The position numbers and the translations under genes were made by a program. A DNA stretch of 64,000 nucleotides from a virus. Location: IMG/VR virus record IMGVR_UViG_3300010346_000998; one strand, written 5' to 3'. Below are positions 9,509 through 19,011 of the stretch, in pieces. Numbering within the stretch: position 1 is the stretch's first letter; the number at the start of each line of letters is the position of its first letter. Below the pieces are notes generated by a model. It was not told the origin of the DNA. It did not search any database and was given only the letters and a program-made list of their open reading frames with translations.

Positions 9509-9665
9509 ATTTAAAGGTATTATTAATAAAAGCTATATATAAAATGTTACAAAATTAAATTTAGAAATAAATATTAAAATTTAATTTATACAATTAAATG
9601 AAATATTTATAAAAGTATGGCTATTATTTGTACTAGATATCAAATTCAACTATTTTATAAATATT

Positions 9666-10451
9666 ATGATTAAACTAGCTTCTTTATTAAAAACAATAAA
9701 ATCCCATAAAAGAATCCAAAGAATTACTGAAGATAAATATGATTCCGTGGATAAATGGGATAACTGGTTAGATTATCTCAAAGAAGATGGGTATGGTATT
9801 GATATAGTAATTATTAAACAACTTATAAAAAAATTTAATATAAATATCAAAGGATATTTTAAACATAAAATTCTTCGTATATGGGATGAAAAACAAGTCG
9901 CATATCTTTATAATGATGATACAGAAAATGTAGAATATATGTATGTCGAAGATATTAAAGAATTTATTGATTTGTTTGATGTTGACAATGCTGATGAATT
10001 AGGAATTGACCCCGAAAAAATTTATAATCCTTGGATTGAATCTTCATTATATGATTTAAAAAGAAATCCAGGAATAGTTTATCATTGGACAACAAAAGAA
10101 AAATGGGAAGAAATACAAAAATCAGGTAAAATTCTTCAATCGAATGGTACAAGTCTTACTAATCAAAATTATCGTGGTATTTTTACTACATCTAATCCCG
10201 AAGAATATGATACCGGCATATATGGCAATATTTGTTTAGAAATAAACTTAAATGCATTTATGGAATCGGTTGGATATGCATTTCTTACTCTGGAGTTTGA
10301 ACCCGAAACAACAGAATATTTATTAAAGGATTATATTTATAGAGGTTTAGATTTAACTGGCGAAGTTCATTTTCCAAATAGTGATGGCGTTTCTCCTTAT
10401 ACAATTATTGTTGGTCATAATATACCAATAAAATTTATTAAGCCAATATGA
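9666..10451 (+). CDS. MIKL-leader protein with C-terminal ADP-ribosyltransferase-like domain
   Basis: MIKLASLLK leader; from about aa 137 IVYHWT...IQKSG...GIFTT...YGNICLEI, an ART-type strand pattern. Confidence 0.6.
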   Translation: MIKLASLLKTIKSHKRIQRITEDKYDSVDKWDNWLDYLKEDGYGIDIVIIKQLIKKFNINIKGYFKHKILRIWDEKQVAYLYNDDTENVEYMYVEDIKEFIDLFDVDNADELGIDPEKIYNPWIESSLYDLKRNPGIVYHWTTKEKWEEIQKSGKILQSNGTSLTNQNYRGIFTTSNPEEYDTGIYGNICLEINLNAFMESVGYAFLTLEFEPETTEYLLKDYIYRGLDLTGEVHFPNSDGVSPYTIIVGHNIPIKFIKPI

Positions 10452-12187
10452 TTAAATTAGTATCATTATTAGAAAGAGTCGAAATAACTCCTGAAGGAAA
10501 TCTAAGAATTCCCAGTGTGGATGATATTTCTCTTTCTCAATGGGCACGAATTAATCGTATTATGGTTCAAAAGGGATATGATATGCGAGGGGCCGAAGAT
10601 TGTAAACAATCCGTTACTAAATTTCTTACTAATCCACATAATAGTGCTCCAGATGTTATTGATAGAAAAATTTATAAAGATTGGGTAGAAACTATTGCAA
10701 CTGTTATGCACCTTAAAGACAAATCAAATGTTGTTAAAGGTGATTATGATTGTAAACAAGTTTTACGAGCCGCTATGCGTCACTTTGGAGCCGCATATAA
10801 TATATTAAATGCAGGCTATATTCTTCCTAATGGATTCCTTATAAATCTGAGCTCTGGAACAGGAGGCGGACGAGATTTAGACCATCGAGAAATTGCGACG
10901 ATATATTCTAAACTTGGAATCAAACTATTCAATGATAATGAAGGCTCGGCCTTTGTTTATGTAAAAGCTTTTATGAGAGATTGTCGGGCAATTCGAACAG
11001 GCGGAAATCAACCATTTGTAGAAATGTGGCACGAGCCCACTCAACAACAAATTGAACAACTTCGGCATTTATTTAAAATTTTTAATGGTTATATAATATT
11101 AGTTGTAAAATCACAGAAATATGGCAATGCCGAACAACAATATAAAAAAGGAACGTCCCCCAATAAAATTTTACAAGATATTATAACTTTTTATCGGACG
11201 GGGGAGTTTCCTGATAAATTATTCGAAAATATAATTCTTAAAGAATTAAAGGAAACAGATTTGTCTTCAAAAGATAAAGACCATAAATATATTTTAATTT
11301 ATAAAGAAAATTTATTTATTTTAGATGAAAATAGTAATTTTACCAGTGCATTAGGAACATTAGAATTACATCCTGGATACGATAAATATGTATCGCATTC
11401 GACTGATGTATATGATTTTCTTCAAATGGCTTCTGATATGGGGCCTGATGTTTTAGTAGGAGAATGGCTACCGAATAATAAAGCTCTTATTGTATGGAGT
11501 TCAAGTGAAATTATTCCACAAACATCACTACAAGTTAAAAAAGCTGCTCAACATCTTGGTGTTAAAGTTATTACTTATCGATATCTTGGAAGTGTTGAAA
11601 GTGGCGATATGATGGAAAAAGACATTCCTATTAAAAAAATTAAGGGTGAAATTCCAAGGGTGATGTATCATGGAACTTCTAATAGAGAATTAGAAAGTAT
11701 TTTAAAATGGGGTCTTGACCCAACAAGAGGTACATCAAATTTTACCCGCCAGGGAATTTATCATCCATATCATATTTTCTTAGCAGCAAATTTTGAAGCA
11801 GCTCAATTTTATGCTTGGAATGCTGCTCAAAATAATAAATCTTCTTATTATAGATATCCTGTCATTCTTGAAATTAAAGTACCGGACCCTAATTTACTTG
11901 CTCCTGATTATGATGCTGATATCACAGCAGGTCAAAATTCTTATTATGACAGAGATAATTTATTTATAGACAAAGCATCAATGAAAGCAACGGGACTTTC
12001 CAGAGAAACAGGAAAATGGGGTTATAAAGGACGAATTCCCGCTACTTTTATTACATGGATACATTATTATAATGCGCATCAACGTAAATGGCATAAAATT
12101 AGGAGAGAAACATTAATTCGACTTATGGAAAAATATGATTGGGAAATTATTTCATTAAAACTTGGAATAGAAACCATAGATTCTTAA
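10448..12187 (+). CDS. MIKL-leader multidomain protein with C-terminal ART/Tpt1(KptA)-like domain
   Basis: MIKLVSLLE leader; from about aa 405 VMYHGTS...SILKWGL...IFLAANFEAAQFYA...PVILEI...GRIPATFI. Confidence 0.7.
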   Translation: MIKLVSLLERVEITPEGNLRIPSVDDISLSQWARINRIMVQKGYDMRGAEDCKQSVTKFLTNPHNSAPDVIDRKIYKDWVETIATVMHLKDKSNVVKGDYDCKQVLRAAMRHFGAAYNILNAGYILPNGFLINLSSGTGGGRDLDHREIATIYSKLGIKLFNDNEGSAFVYVKAFMRDCRAIRTGGNQPFVEMWHEPTQQQIEQLRHLFKIFNGYIILVVKSQKYGNAEQQYKKGTSPNKILQDIITFYRTGEFPDKLFENIILKELKETDLSSKDKDHKYILIYKENLFILDENSNFTSALGTLELHPGYDKYVSHSTDVYDFLQMASDMGPDVLVGEWLPNNKALIVWSSSEIIPQTSLQVKKAAQHLGVKVITYRYLGSVESGDMMEKDIPIKKIKGEIPRVMYHGTSNRELESILKWGLDPTRGTSNFTRQGIYHPYHIFLAANFEAAQFYAWNAAQNNKSSYYRYPVILEIKVPDPNLLAPDYDADITAGQNSYYDRDNLFIDKASMKATGLSRETGKWGYKGRIPATFITWIHYYNAHQRKWHKIRRETLIRLMEKYDWEIISLKLGIETIDS

Positions 12188-12229
12188 ATAGATTAATTAT
12201 AAATATTATAATATTATTAAAAATTAAAT

Positions 12230-13069
12230 TTAACCTTGATGAGTAAAATTAACAGCATCTATGCAAGGCGCGGGTTTTCCTTGTACTTCAGCCGGATACC
12301 CCGCATCATCAAATACTTTTTGGTGATGAGATTGTCGAATATATTCTTTAAGTTTAGGATGTTTAAGCGCCTCTTGAAAACTTTCTTTCCATGTTTTTTG
12401 TACCGGATTTCCAACTTCTGTTAATTGAACATTTCGGTGAATTTCATTTGCAATTGATTTCCAACAAGTAAGGGCTCGTCGACGCCATGTATCTCGGTCT
12501 TTTCCGTGGTTATTCCGAAAATGAATTTCAAACATTAAACGGCTGCCATCATTAAACATAGCAACAATATGTCTATCTCCTTCATATAAACGATATTCTT
12601 TATGATAATGGTGGAAGCTTTTATTTTCATTCATTGTATTTTTAGAATTTAATATTTTTCCTTTATCATAATTTTTTAACCAAGAAGGAAGACGATTTTT
12701 AAGAATTTCAAATGGAATATTTTTAAATTGTTTATTTTTTTTCTTTACTAAAATATCTATTCGAGGACCAATATAACCATCTTTACCAACTTCCATATCG
12801 GGGTCATTTTCTATAGAATTAATTTTTATAATTTTTTCAATGCCCAGTATAATAATATTTAAATCTTCAGGTTGAAGTGACCAAGTTAAAATTTCAATTT
12901 TATTCTCAGAAGATTTCATATGTTTGTACCCATCTTTTAAAGCTAAATTGGACGATTTAATTTTTTCATGAGAAATTTCCCCCGTACTATCAATCCACCA
13001 TTCTCCTTTTTCATGGGCTTCTTTAACAATTTCTAAAAGATGGCTTAATTTAATTGGATTCATCTTCAT
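12230..13069 (-). CDS. Hypothetical protein with IKL-type leader
   Basis: 279 aa ORF beginning MKMNPIKLSHLLE; no recognised catalytic motif. Confidence 0.6.
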   Translation of the reverse strand: MKMNPIKLSHLLEIVKEAHEKGEWWIDSTGEISHEKIKSSNLALKDGYKHMKSSENKIEILTWSLQPEDLNIIILGIEKIIKINSIENDPDMEVGKDGYIGPRIDILVKKKNKQFKNIPFEILKNRLPSWLKNYDKGKILNSKNTMNENKSFHHYHKEYRLYEGDRHIVAMFNDGSRLMFEIHFRNNHGKDRDTWRRRALTCWKSIANEIHRNVQLTEVGNPVQKTWKESFQEALKHPKLKEYIRQSHHQKVFDDAGYPAEVQGKPAPCIDAVNFTHQG

Positions 13070-13697
13070 ACATTACAATAAATTCGGGATTTTCTTTCAC
13101 AAAATTTTCAAATCGTTCATAAAGAATTTCTCTTTTTATATTTTCAGATAAAGTATCAAACCCAGAGCGACTGTCTGTATAAGAATCATTTGAATCTGAA
13201 ATATCAGGTGACAATTTAGTTTTTAAGTATTTTCCAAGGGCAAGTAAATGCTTACACATACCTATTCCATAATCTCCTACGCCCCCCTCGCTTCGAGGAC
13301 GCCATTTTTGACCATTATTTTCATTCCCAAATTTCCACTCTGGATGTTTTCCTATACGACCAACTCCCGCCTGTGCATTATTATATGCATATCGAAATCG
13401 ATAATCGGGACAATCACAATCGACCATGCATTCGAGTTGAGCAGCATTTTGGGACGCTCTTACATTTTCTTTAAAAAATTGAATATATCCATGCCATCGC
13501 ATTCCAGTAGTCGAGGGAGATGATTTGTAAGAAAATGCCCATGCCTCATTTTCATCTAAGGTCATAACTCGCATGGGTTTTACACCTACATCAGTACGAG
13601 AACGTTCTTTTCTTCCTTCTTCACTTCTATTCCATAAAGATTGAAATGAAATTCTTTCAGTAAGGACTTCTTTAAGAATATTATAAAATGAAATCAT
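13050..13697 (-). CDS. SWIM zinc-finger protein with leader-like N-terminus
   Basis: CDCPD...MCKHLLAL is the CxC-x(n)-CxH SWIM signature; N-terminus MISFYNILKEVLTE. Confidence 0.7.
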   Translation of the reverse strand: MISFYNILKEVLTERISFQSLWNRSEEGRKERSRTDVGVKPMRVMTLDENEAWAFSYKSSPSTTGMRWHGYIQFFKENVRASQNAAQLECMVDCDCPDYRFRYAYNNAQAGVGRIGKHPEWKFGNENNGQKWRPRSEGGVGDYGIGMCKHLLALGKYLKTKLSPDISDSNDSYTDSRSGFDTLSENIKREILYERFENFVKENPEFIVMYEDESN

Positions 13698-13704
13698 AGC
13701 TATA

Positions 13705-13712
13705 TATAAATA
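13705..13712 (-). promoter_or_regulatory. TATTTATA upstream motif
   Basis: Coding-strand TATTTATA 7 nt upstream of ATG 13697. Confidence 0.5.
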
Positions 13713-13723
13713 TTAGATTCGTT

Positions 13724-14593
13724 TCAATTAGGTGGAAACTTTTTAAGGTATTCCATTTCAGCAATCTCGGAAACGCCCCTTATCACTGATTTTTTGTCCA
13801 TAGCATACAGACCCGCCGATGAGAAGCTGGTTAGCTCCATCAACCAACAATTCTTGTCATTATCTTGGCATATGTCGTAACAGAACACGGGGTCGGGTTC
13901 ATAATCTACTTCCTTGAGCAGAAGATTGACAAATCTGGTACATTCTGCGGGGACACTGGGGATTATACAAACATTCCCTTGAAACTTGTAAGTCGAAGAT
14001 GCGATAATACCCCTTTGTTTGGACACCACAAAACGACCTTCCCATAAAATGTTCTTAGGCGTCGACACCAGCATCAATTCATGTTCAACATCTTTATTGG
14101 AATCGTGCAATTGAGCCAAATCTACGATATCCAACAGCCCTGCTCGAAAGGTCTTTTCGCCCGAGTCGGGGCGAATGAAGATAAGGCACTCTTTACCATA
14201 TTGACCCCACACGTCATACTTCTGCCGCACTATTTCCTTAAGCGACATCATACAATACTTATCATTGAACAGATAAGGACCGAAATGCGAGTAGTAGGCA
14301 GAACACTTATACTTTTCCATCGTGGAGAACACAACAGGGGCGCACTCATTCTTTAATTCTTCTGCCATATTTTTGCATAACTTAATGGTCCCAGTAATCA
14401 TAACACATTGTTTATCATAAACGGCAGATTTCTCAATAAAATGGGAACTCTGTTTTAAATGTTTACGTATTATTTCATTTGTGTAGTTACCATTAATTTC
14501 AACAACGGGATATCCAAGCTCTTTAGCAGCCACTATAAGCTCTCTATATGAAGGGTCTTTTTCGAAATTTTCAATTATCCATGTAGTTTTCAT
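13724..14593 (-). CDS. ATP-grasp domain protein (R2K / DUF4343-like)
   Basis: FIRPDSGEKTF, EGRFVV, FCYDIC and LMELTSFSSAGLY match the R2K-clade ATP-grasp pattern (FI[RK]P...K.F; E.R; D; E.N/T...SSGLY). Confidence 0.7.
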   Translation of the reverse strand: MKTTWIIENFEKDPSYRELIVAAKELGYPVVEINGNYTNEIIRKHLKQSSHFIEKSAVYDKQCVMITGTIKLCKNMAEELKNECAPVVFSTMEKYKCSAYYSHFGPYLFNDKYCMMSLKEIVRQKYDVWGQYGKECLIFIRPDSGEKTFRAGLLDIVDLAQLHDSNKDVEHELMLVSTPKNILWEGRFVVSKQRGIIASSTYKFQGNVCIIPSVPAECTRFVNLLLKEVDYEPDPVFCYDICQDNDKNCWLMELTSFSSAGLYAMDKKSVIRGVSEIAEMEYLKKFPPN

Positions 14594-14601
14594 TTAGACA
14601 G

Positions 14602-14629
14602 ATAATATCAGAAATACGACATGGGTCAA
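14602..14629 (-). promoter_or_regulatory. Sigma70-like promoter of the ATP-grasp gene
   Basis: Minus strand TTGACC-N16-TATTAT with TG extended -10, just upstream of ATG 14593. Confidence 0.55.
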
Positions 14630-14666
14630 TAAAAAATACTACTAATAATAGGATTATAAATATTAA

Positions 14667-15455
14667 TTATCCTGTCAAAGCTACTGTCCAAAAATCTGAA
14701 ACTAAATTCCAATTAGACATATATTCATAAGGCATAGTAAAATATCCGGCATTATTTCCTTTAAGTCCCCATTTTTTACCCCATGAATTTTTAATTAAAA
14801 ATCGTTTTTGATAATCATTATATCCTACTCCTAATACAGCATGACCGCCTAAACATTTTTCATTTGGCTTAGGCATTTGTGCAATACCTGTCTTTTCCAT
14901 TTCTTTGCTCATAAAAGATTCATAAACCAGAAATCCAAATACAAAACATTGTCCATTAGCTATACATGTTTTCATATCAGCCAAAGAATTTAATGCATAA
15001 TAGCTATGAATTCGTCTTTCTAATGCTTTATTATAACAATCAATTTTAGGTTTAACTTTAAATTTAGAAATTTTATATGGCCAAATTTTTTCTACACATA
15101 CACCTTCTGTTGCTAAAGTTTTTGCACCATCTCGAAGATAAGCGCCCGAATCTTGGTCCACTGTTCCTTCTAAAAGCCGCTCATTATAATAAATAAATAA
15201 ACGACTTAAATCTTGATATTGTTTTCCTCCAAATCCATTTCTACAAGCATTATATTCCAATAAACCAGCCCATGCATTAGCAGTACAACTTCCTAATTCA
15301 CCTTGGTCTTCTACTTCCGAACACCAATATCGATTATTTACTACTGGCGGAAGGTCTTTATAAATATAATTTTTAAGCCGGAGTAATCGTTCAAACCCAA
15401 AGTCTCTAGGGTCATCCTTTTGTGGTTTCCATCCAAATTTTCGTTTAATATTCAT
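14667..15455 (-). CDS. Papain-like cysteine protease (peptidase C1A)
   Basis: Catalytic motifs DQGELGSCTANA (Q, C), GGHAVLGVGY (H) and IKNSWG (N). Confidence 0.92.
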   Translation of the reverse strand: MNIKRKFGWKPQKDDPRDFGFERLLRLKNYIYKDLPPVVNNRYWCSEVEDQGELGSCTANAWAGLLEYNACRNGFGGKQYQDLSRLFIYYNERLLEGTVDQDSGAYLRDGAKTLATEGVCVEKIWPYKISKFKVKPKIDCYNKALERRIHSYYALNSLADMKTCIANGQCFVFGFLVYESFMSKEMEKTGIAQMPKPNEKCLGGHAVLGVGYNDYQKRFLIKNSWGKKWGLKGNNAGYFTMPYEYMSNWNLVSDFWTVALTG

Positions 15456-15557
15456 AAGAGTTTAATTAAACATAAATATTTAAGTTATCTTTATAAAAAA
15501 TAAAGAATATTGTAAGAATTATATTTTTATTTTATTTAAATATTATAATATGTGTAC

Positions 15558-15587
15558 AAAAAAAGAACCCCGCCAACGCGGGGTTCT
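15558..15587 (-). terminator. Rho-independent terminator after the major capsid gene
   Basis: Perfect 10-bp stem AGAACCCCGC/GCGGGGTTCT (15564-15573 / 15578-15587), 4-nt loop, followed on the minus strand by a T-run. Confidence 0.9.
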
Positions 15588-15611
15588 GCGATTTGATAAA
15601 TAAGCTTTCGC

Positions 15612-17348
15612 TTATACTTGGTTTGTATCAGATACGTAGATTAGACCGTAGAACTCGGGACGCACAATCTTCTTGGCGTAGCGAGTCATAACTCCACGTC
15701 TCGGCGTGAAGTTTACCGGGTCATAGACTAACGGCGTCTGGATAAGAGGAATGTACGGAGAGTACACAGCACCCGTTTCTAGGAAGTTGTTTCCCCGGAA
15801 TCCCATAAGAATCAGGTTTTCCTGCATATATGGGTTCTTATAAACTTGGAACCTAGAAGCAAAGTTTCCAACTCGGCTTACGCCCATTGCAAACTTAGCA
15901 CTGTCACCATCAGTATTAACCACATATCCGGGGATGGATTCCAGAATGGTTGCTACATCCGGTCCTACAACCAAGAAGTTAGCGCCACCTCGGAGAGTCA
16001 GCTGGTGAATCTTGTTGGATACCTTTTGAATCTTGTTACCAAGAGTCTGGTACCAAGTTGCCTTGGTATAGTATCCACCCGCTCCTGCTGTTACTTGGTC
16101 CACAACCGCATAACTATTCAGTCCGGTCTTGATGATTTCTCGGTTGAGACGAGCCGACCAACGTTCCTTGTTAATTGCCGGAGCGTTGTTAATAAGCATA
16201 TCAAGAATTTCAAGGTCGATTTCCATTGATACGTATTCGGACAATAGAGCCGTCAATTCGGCCTCGGCATCAATCGAGTGGTATGCATTAAGGTCTTGAG
16301 CCAGCTCGGGGGTCCAGACTGCTTTTAACCTACGAGTCTTTGCAACGATTGGCTCGCTGCGAAGCTCGAGGTTGACTTCAGGAATACCGATATCTCGGTT
16401 TAGTCCCGTCTGTGTTCCAAGAGAATCTTTAGTATCCCATTTCCCAAGTCGGTCTTCAAAGTCACCACGACTCGTATCCTTCGGCTGCAAGCTATAATTT
16501 ATAGATGCAGTTGGCGAAGCACTGGTTTTAAGCTCTCCCATGAAATCAACCGAAGAGCTAATTATAAATACAGCCTCAGGTCCATTGAATCTTGAGAATC
16601 CGGGGAACCAAGTCACCATACCATTAACCGCAGGCATGAATGAACGTACGGCATTAAGGTCCGGATACGACCCTCCCTTGGATGCTGTTGCCGTAAACCC
16701 AACGGTTGTTATTGTATAGAGCTGACCGGCAGCAAGTGATGCGGACAAGCTCGCAGCAACGGGGTCATTGCTATTTCCACTATCAAAGTTGATGTCTGCA
16801 AAGGATGCTGTATCAACCGAAACAGCTACAACACTTGCAGTATCATTAATAGTATATCCATACCTTCCCGGACCATAAAGACCACCTACCGGAGCGTTGG
16901 TTGAACCAAGCTTCCATGAATTGTAAAGGTCTTCTGAACCCGAGACACCACCGAAGAGCGAATCTTGCGATGATGGCTGTGATTTAAACACGTTTTGGTT
17001 CGTTCCGTACTTAAAGTCCAGATAGAACACCAGTCCGCTTGGGAGATTCATCGGCTGTACCGATACAAATTCCTTAGCGGCGATTTCTGCGAACACGCGG
17101 CGCACCAACGGAAGTGCCACGCCGGCCCATTGCTCAGAATTAGTCTGAGTCCCGGTTACGGATGACTCTTCAATTAATTGCTTTGCTTGGTTTTCAAGCA
17201 AAATTGACATGTTCGACTTTTCAATGTCATTTTTAAGCCCTTCAAGCAGTCCGGTCTTTTCCCATTTGTTCACAAGTCCACGGGTTTCGGCCATAAGACG
17301 TGCCTGAGGATTTAATGCATTGGTCAACAATTCTTTTACAGTTTCCAT
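15612..17348 (-). CDS. Major capsid protein, T4 gp23-like
   Basis: LPLVRRVF, VSVQPMNLPSGLVFYL, KTRRLKAVWTPELAQDLNAYHSIDAEAEL, GAVYSPYIPL and PRRGVMTRY are gp23-family motifs. Confidence 0.97.
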   Translation of the reverse strand: METVKELLTNALNPQARLMAETRGLVNKWEKTGLLEGLKNDIEKSNMSILLENQAKQLIEESSVTGTQTNSEQWAGVALPLVRRVFAEIAAKEFVSVQPMNLPSGLVFYLDFKYGTNQNVFKSQPSSQDSLFGGVSGSEDLYNSWKLGSTNAPVGGLYGPGRYGYTINDTASVVAVSVDTASFADINFDSGNSNDPVAASLSASLAAGQLYTITTVGFTATASKGGSYPDLNAVRSFMPAVNGMVTWFPGFSRFNGPEAVFIISSSVDFMGELKTSASPTASINYSLQPKDTSRGDFEDRLGKWDTKDSLGTQTGLNRDIGIPEVNLELRSEPIVAKTRRLKAVWTPELAQDLNAYHSIDAEAELTALLSEYVSMEIDLEILDMLINNAPAINKERWSARLNREIIKTGLNSYAVVDQVTAGAGGYYTKATWYQTLGNKIQKVSNKIHQLTLRGGANFLVVGPDVATILESIPGYVVNTDGDSAKFAMGVSRVGNFASRFQVYKNPYMQENLILMGFRGNNFLETGAVYSPYIPLIQTPLVYDPVNFTPRRGVMTRYAKKIVRPEFYGLIYVSDTNQV

Positions 17349-17380
17349 ACTTATTATTTCCTAGTTATCTCGCATTCAGT

Positions 17381-18892
17381 TTACTTCTTTGTTGGTTCGC
17401 TTCGAATGCCTGCGAGTTGTTTCATTCTACTGGCGAACTTACCCTCGGTTATAATAGCCTTGGGTTTGGTTGAAGCGACTACGCCCGATGCGAGACCTTC
17501 GGTGATAGATTGAACCGAAGAAGCAGTATTAACTTTCTTCTTCACTTCTTTTCCACCAAAATTTAATGCCTCCGTGATATTGGCGTAAGTCAACTTGACT
17601 TCACGAATATTTTTGGCGAGGTCAAACATTTCAATGATACGCATTTTTTGCTCATTATTCATGTTGTATTGCTTATATAGCTTATTCGTGTAAAGCAGCT
17701 TAGCATTCAACAAATTAACCTCATTAAGCTGTCCCTTAACATAGCGAATAACATTTTCTGCTTCGCTAAGTTGTTGTTTAAGATATAAATTTTCCGAAAT
17801 CGTATTTGGGCGAGAATCCTTAGTTACCTTGGGCTGCCCGATGTTTGGCATACCTGTCTCGGATTGTCCACCATATCCATCTCCTCCTCCCATCGAGGGG
17901 GTTGAGAGATTTGTTTTAGTAGCACGAGGACCCCGATTTGGGCGAGCCGCGTCGGAAATCTTCTTCGACTGTTCAATGCTCGGGAACCCTTCATCACTAG
18001 TATCATCGGATTCAATCCTAGAAGTAGAGCTTGAGGCAGTAGTTGGTCTCTTATTAGGAGAACCGCCCGCCACTCCGCCTCCAATTCCCGAGGAGGCAAG
18101 TTTTGTTTGTTCATAAAGACTTACGTTTTCAGGAATTTCAGGCATATCTGGGTCATCTACTTCTCCCTCTTCTTTTTCATATTCTGCTCGAAGTTCATCT
18201 TCTAAACTTTCTAAAAGTTCATCTAAATCAACTTCATCCATTTCATTTTTGTCTTGTGGATTTTCTGGAGGTGGCGGCGGAGCGCCGGCTCCAAAGTTTT
18301 GCTCTCCACCCATTGGAGGCGGAGGAGGAGCGCCGGCTCCAAAGTTTTGCTCTCCGCCCATTGGAGGCGGAGGAGGAGCGCCGGCTCCAAAGTTTTGCTC
18401 TCCGCCCATTGGAGGCGGAGGAGGAGCGCCGGCTCCAAAGTTTTGCTCTCCACCCATTGGAGATGGTCCTTGGGGGATTGGTTGTCCGCCCGGTGCTCCT
18501 GGACACGGAATTGTACCCGGAGGGCAAACGGCCGGTGCCGCACCTACTGATGGAGTTCCCGCTTCGGGCGCACCCATATCTCCAGCATTCGCCGGTGGCG
18601 CGGTCGCACCCGCGTCAGTCCCGGACGAGTCTTCAACTTCAGATTCCAGCTCTGCGATAAGCTCATCCAGTTCTTCTGTATTGCATCCCGAACCACACTC
18701 ATCCGCTAAATCCGGAGTGTCCATATCAGGTGTGGCACATTCTTCTTCAGTTTCTTCTCTGAGTTTTTCAGCAAACATTTTCTGGTATCTTTCGGAAAAT
18801 GCTTCTTCTAAGGCTACCTTAGCATTGGCAAGCGCAGTTTGACGAACCGCCTTGGCATCAGCAATAGCTTCTTTAAAAAGGTTACTATTCAT
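17381..18892 (-). CDS. Prohead core / scaffold protein (gp22-like)
   Basis: Directly upstream of the capsid gene; acidic and coiled-coil; LFKEAIADAK...ALEEAF, LNEVNLLNAKLLYTNKL, RMKQLAGI; several [LI]-x-E sites. Confidence 0.8.
   Translation of the reverse strand: MNSNLFKEAIADAKAVRQTALANAKVALEEAFSERYQKMFAEKLREETEEECATPDMDTPDLADECGSGCNTEELDELIAELESEVEDSSGTDAGATAPPANAGDMGAPEAGTPSVGAAPAVCPPGTIPCPGAPGGQPIPQGPSPMGGEQNFGAGAPPPPPMGGEQNFGAGAPPPPPMGGEQNFGAGAPPPPPMGGEQNFGAGAPPPPPENPQDKNEMDEVDLDELLESLEDELRAEYEKEEGEVDDPDMPEIPENVSLYEQTKLASSGIGGGVAGGSPNKRPTTASSSTSRIESDDTSDEGFPSIEQSKKISDAARPNRGPRATKTNLSTPSMGGGDGYGGQSETGMPNIGQPKVTKDSRPNTISENLYLKQQLSEAENVIRYVKGQLNEVNLLNAKLLYTNKLYKQYNMNNEQKMRIIEMFDLAKNIREVKLTYANITEALNFGGKEVKKKVNTASSVQSITEGLASGVVASTKPKAIITEGKFASRMKQLAGIRSEPTKK
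18267..18458 (-). repeat. 4 x 48-nt coding tandem repeat (MGGEQNFGAGAPPPPP)
   Basis: Four near-identical 48-nt units read from the sequence, inside the scaffold gene. Confidence 0.95.
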
Positions 18893-19003
18893 ATTTATTT
18901 ATTCCTTATAGATTTTTAAAGCTATTAAAGCTTCAATGAAAATTATTAAAACGAAGACCCTTATTGGGTCAGTTGGCGGCAAAAAATTGCGGCATTTCTA
19001 AAA

Positions 19004-19011
19004 TATAAATA
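19004..19011 (-). promoter_or_regulatory. TATTTATA upstream motif for the scaffold-capsid operon
   Basis: Coding-strand TATTTATA about 110 nt upstream of the scaffold ATG. Confidence 0.45.

Noticed and set aside
17824-18842. Several overlapping ORFs across the scaffold repeat
   Set aside because: Alternative-frame or antisense products of a GC-rich, stop-poor repeat inside a convincing gene
18956-18970. GACCC-TTATT-GGGTC hairpin upstream of the scaffold gene
   Set aside because: Only a 5-bp stem with no adjacent U-tract; not enough to call a terminator or operator
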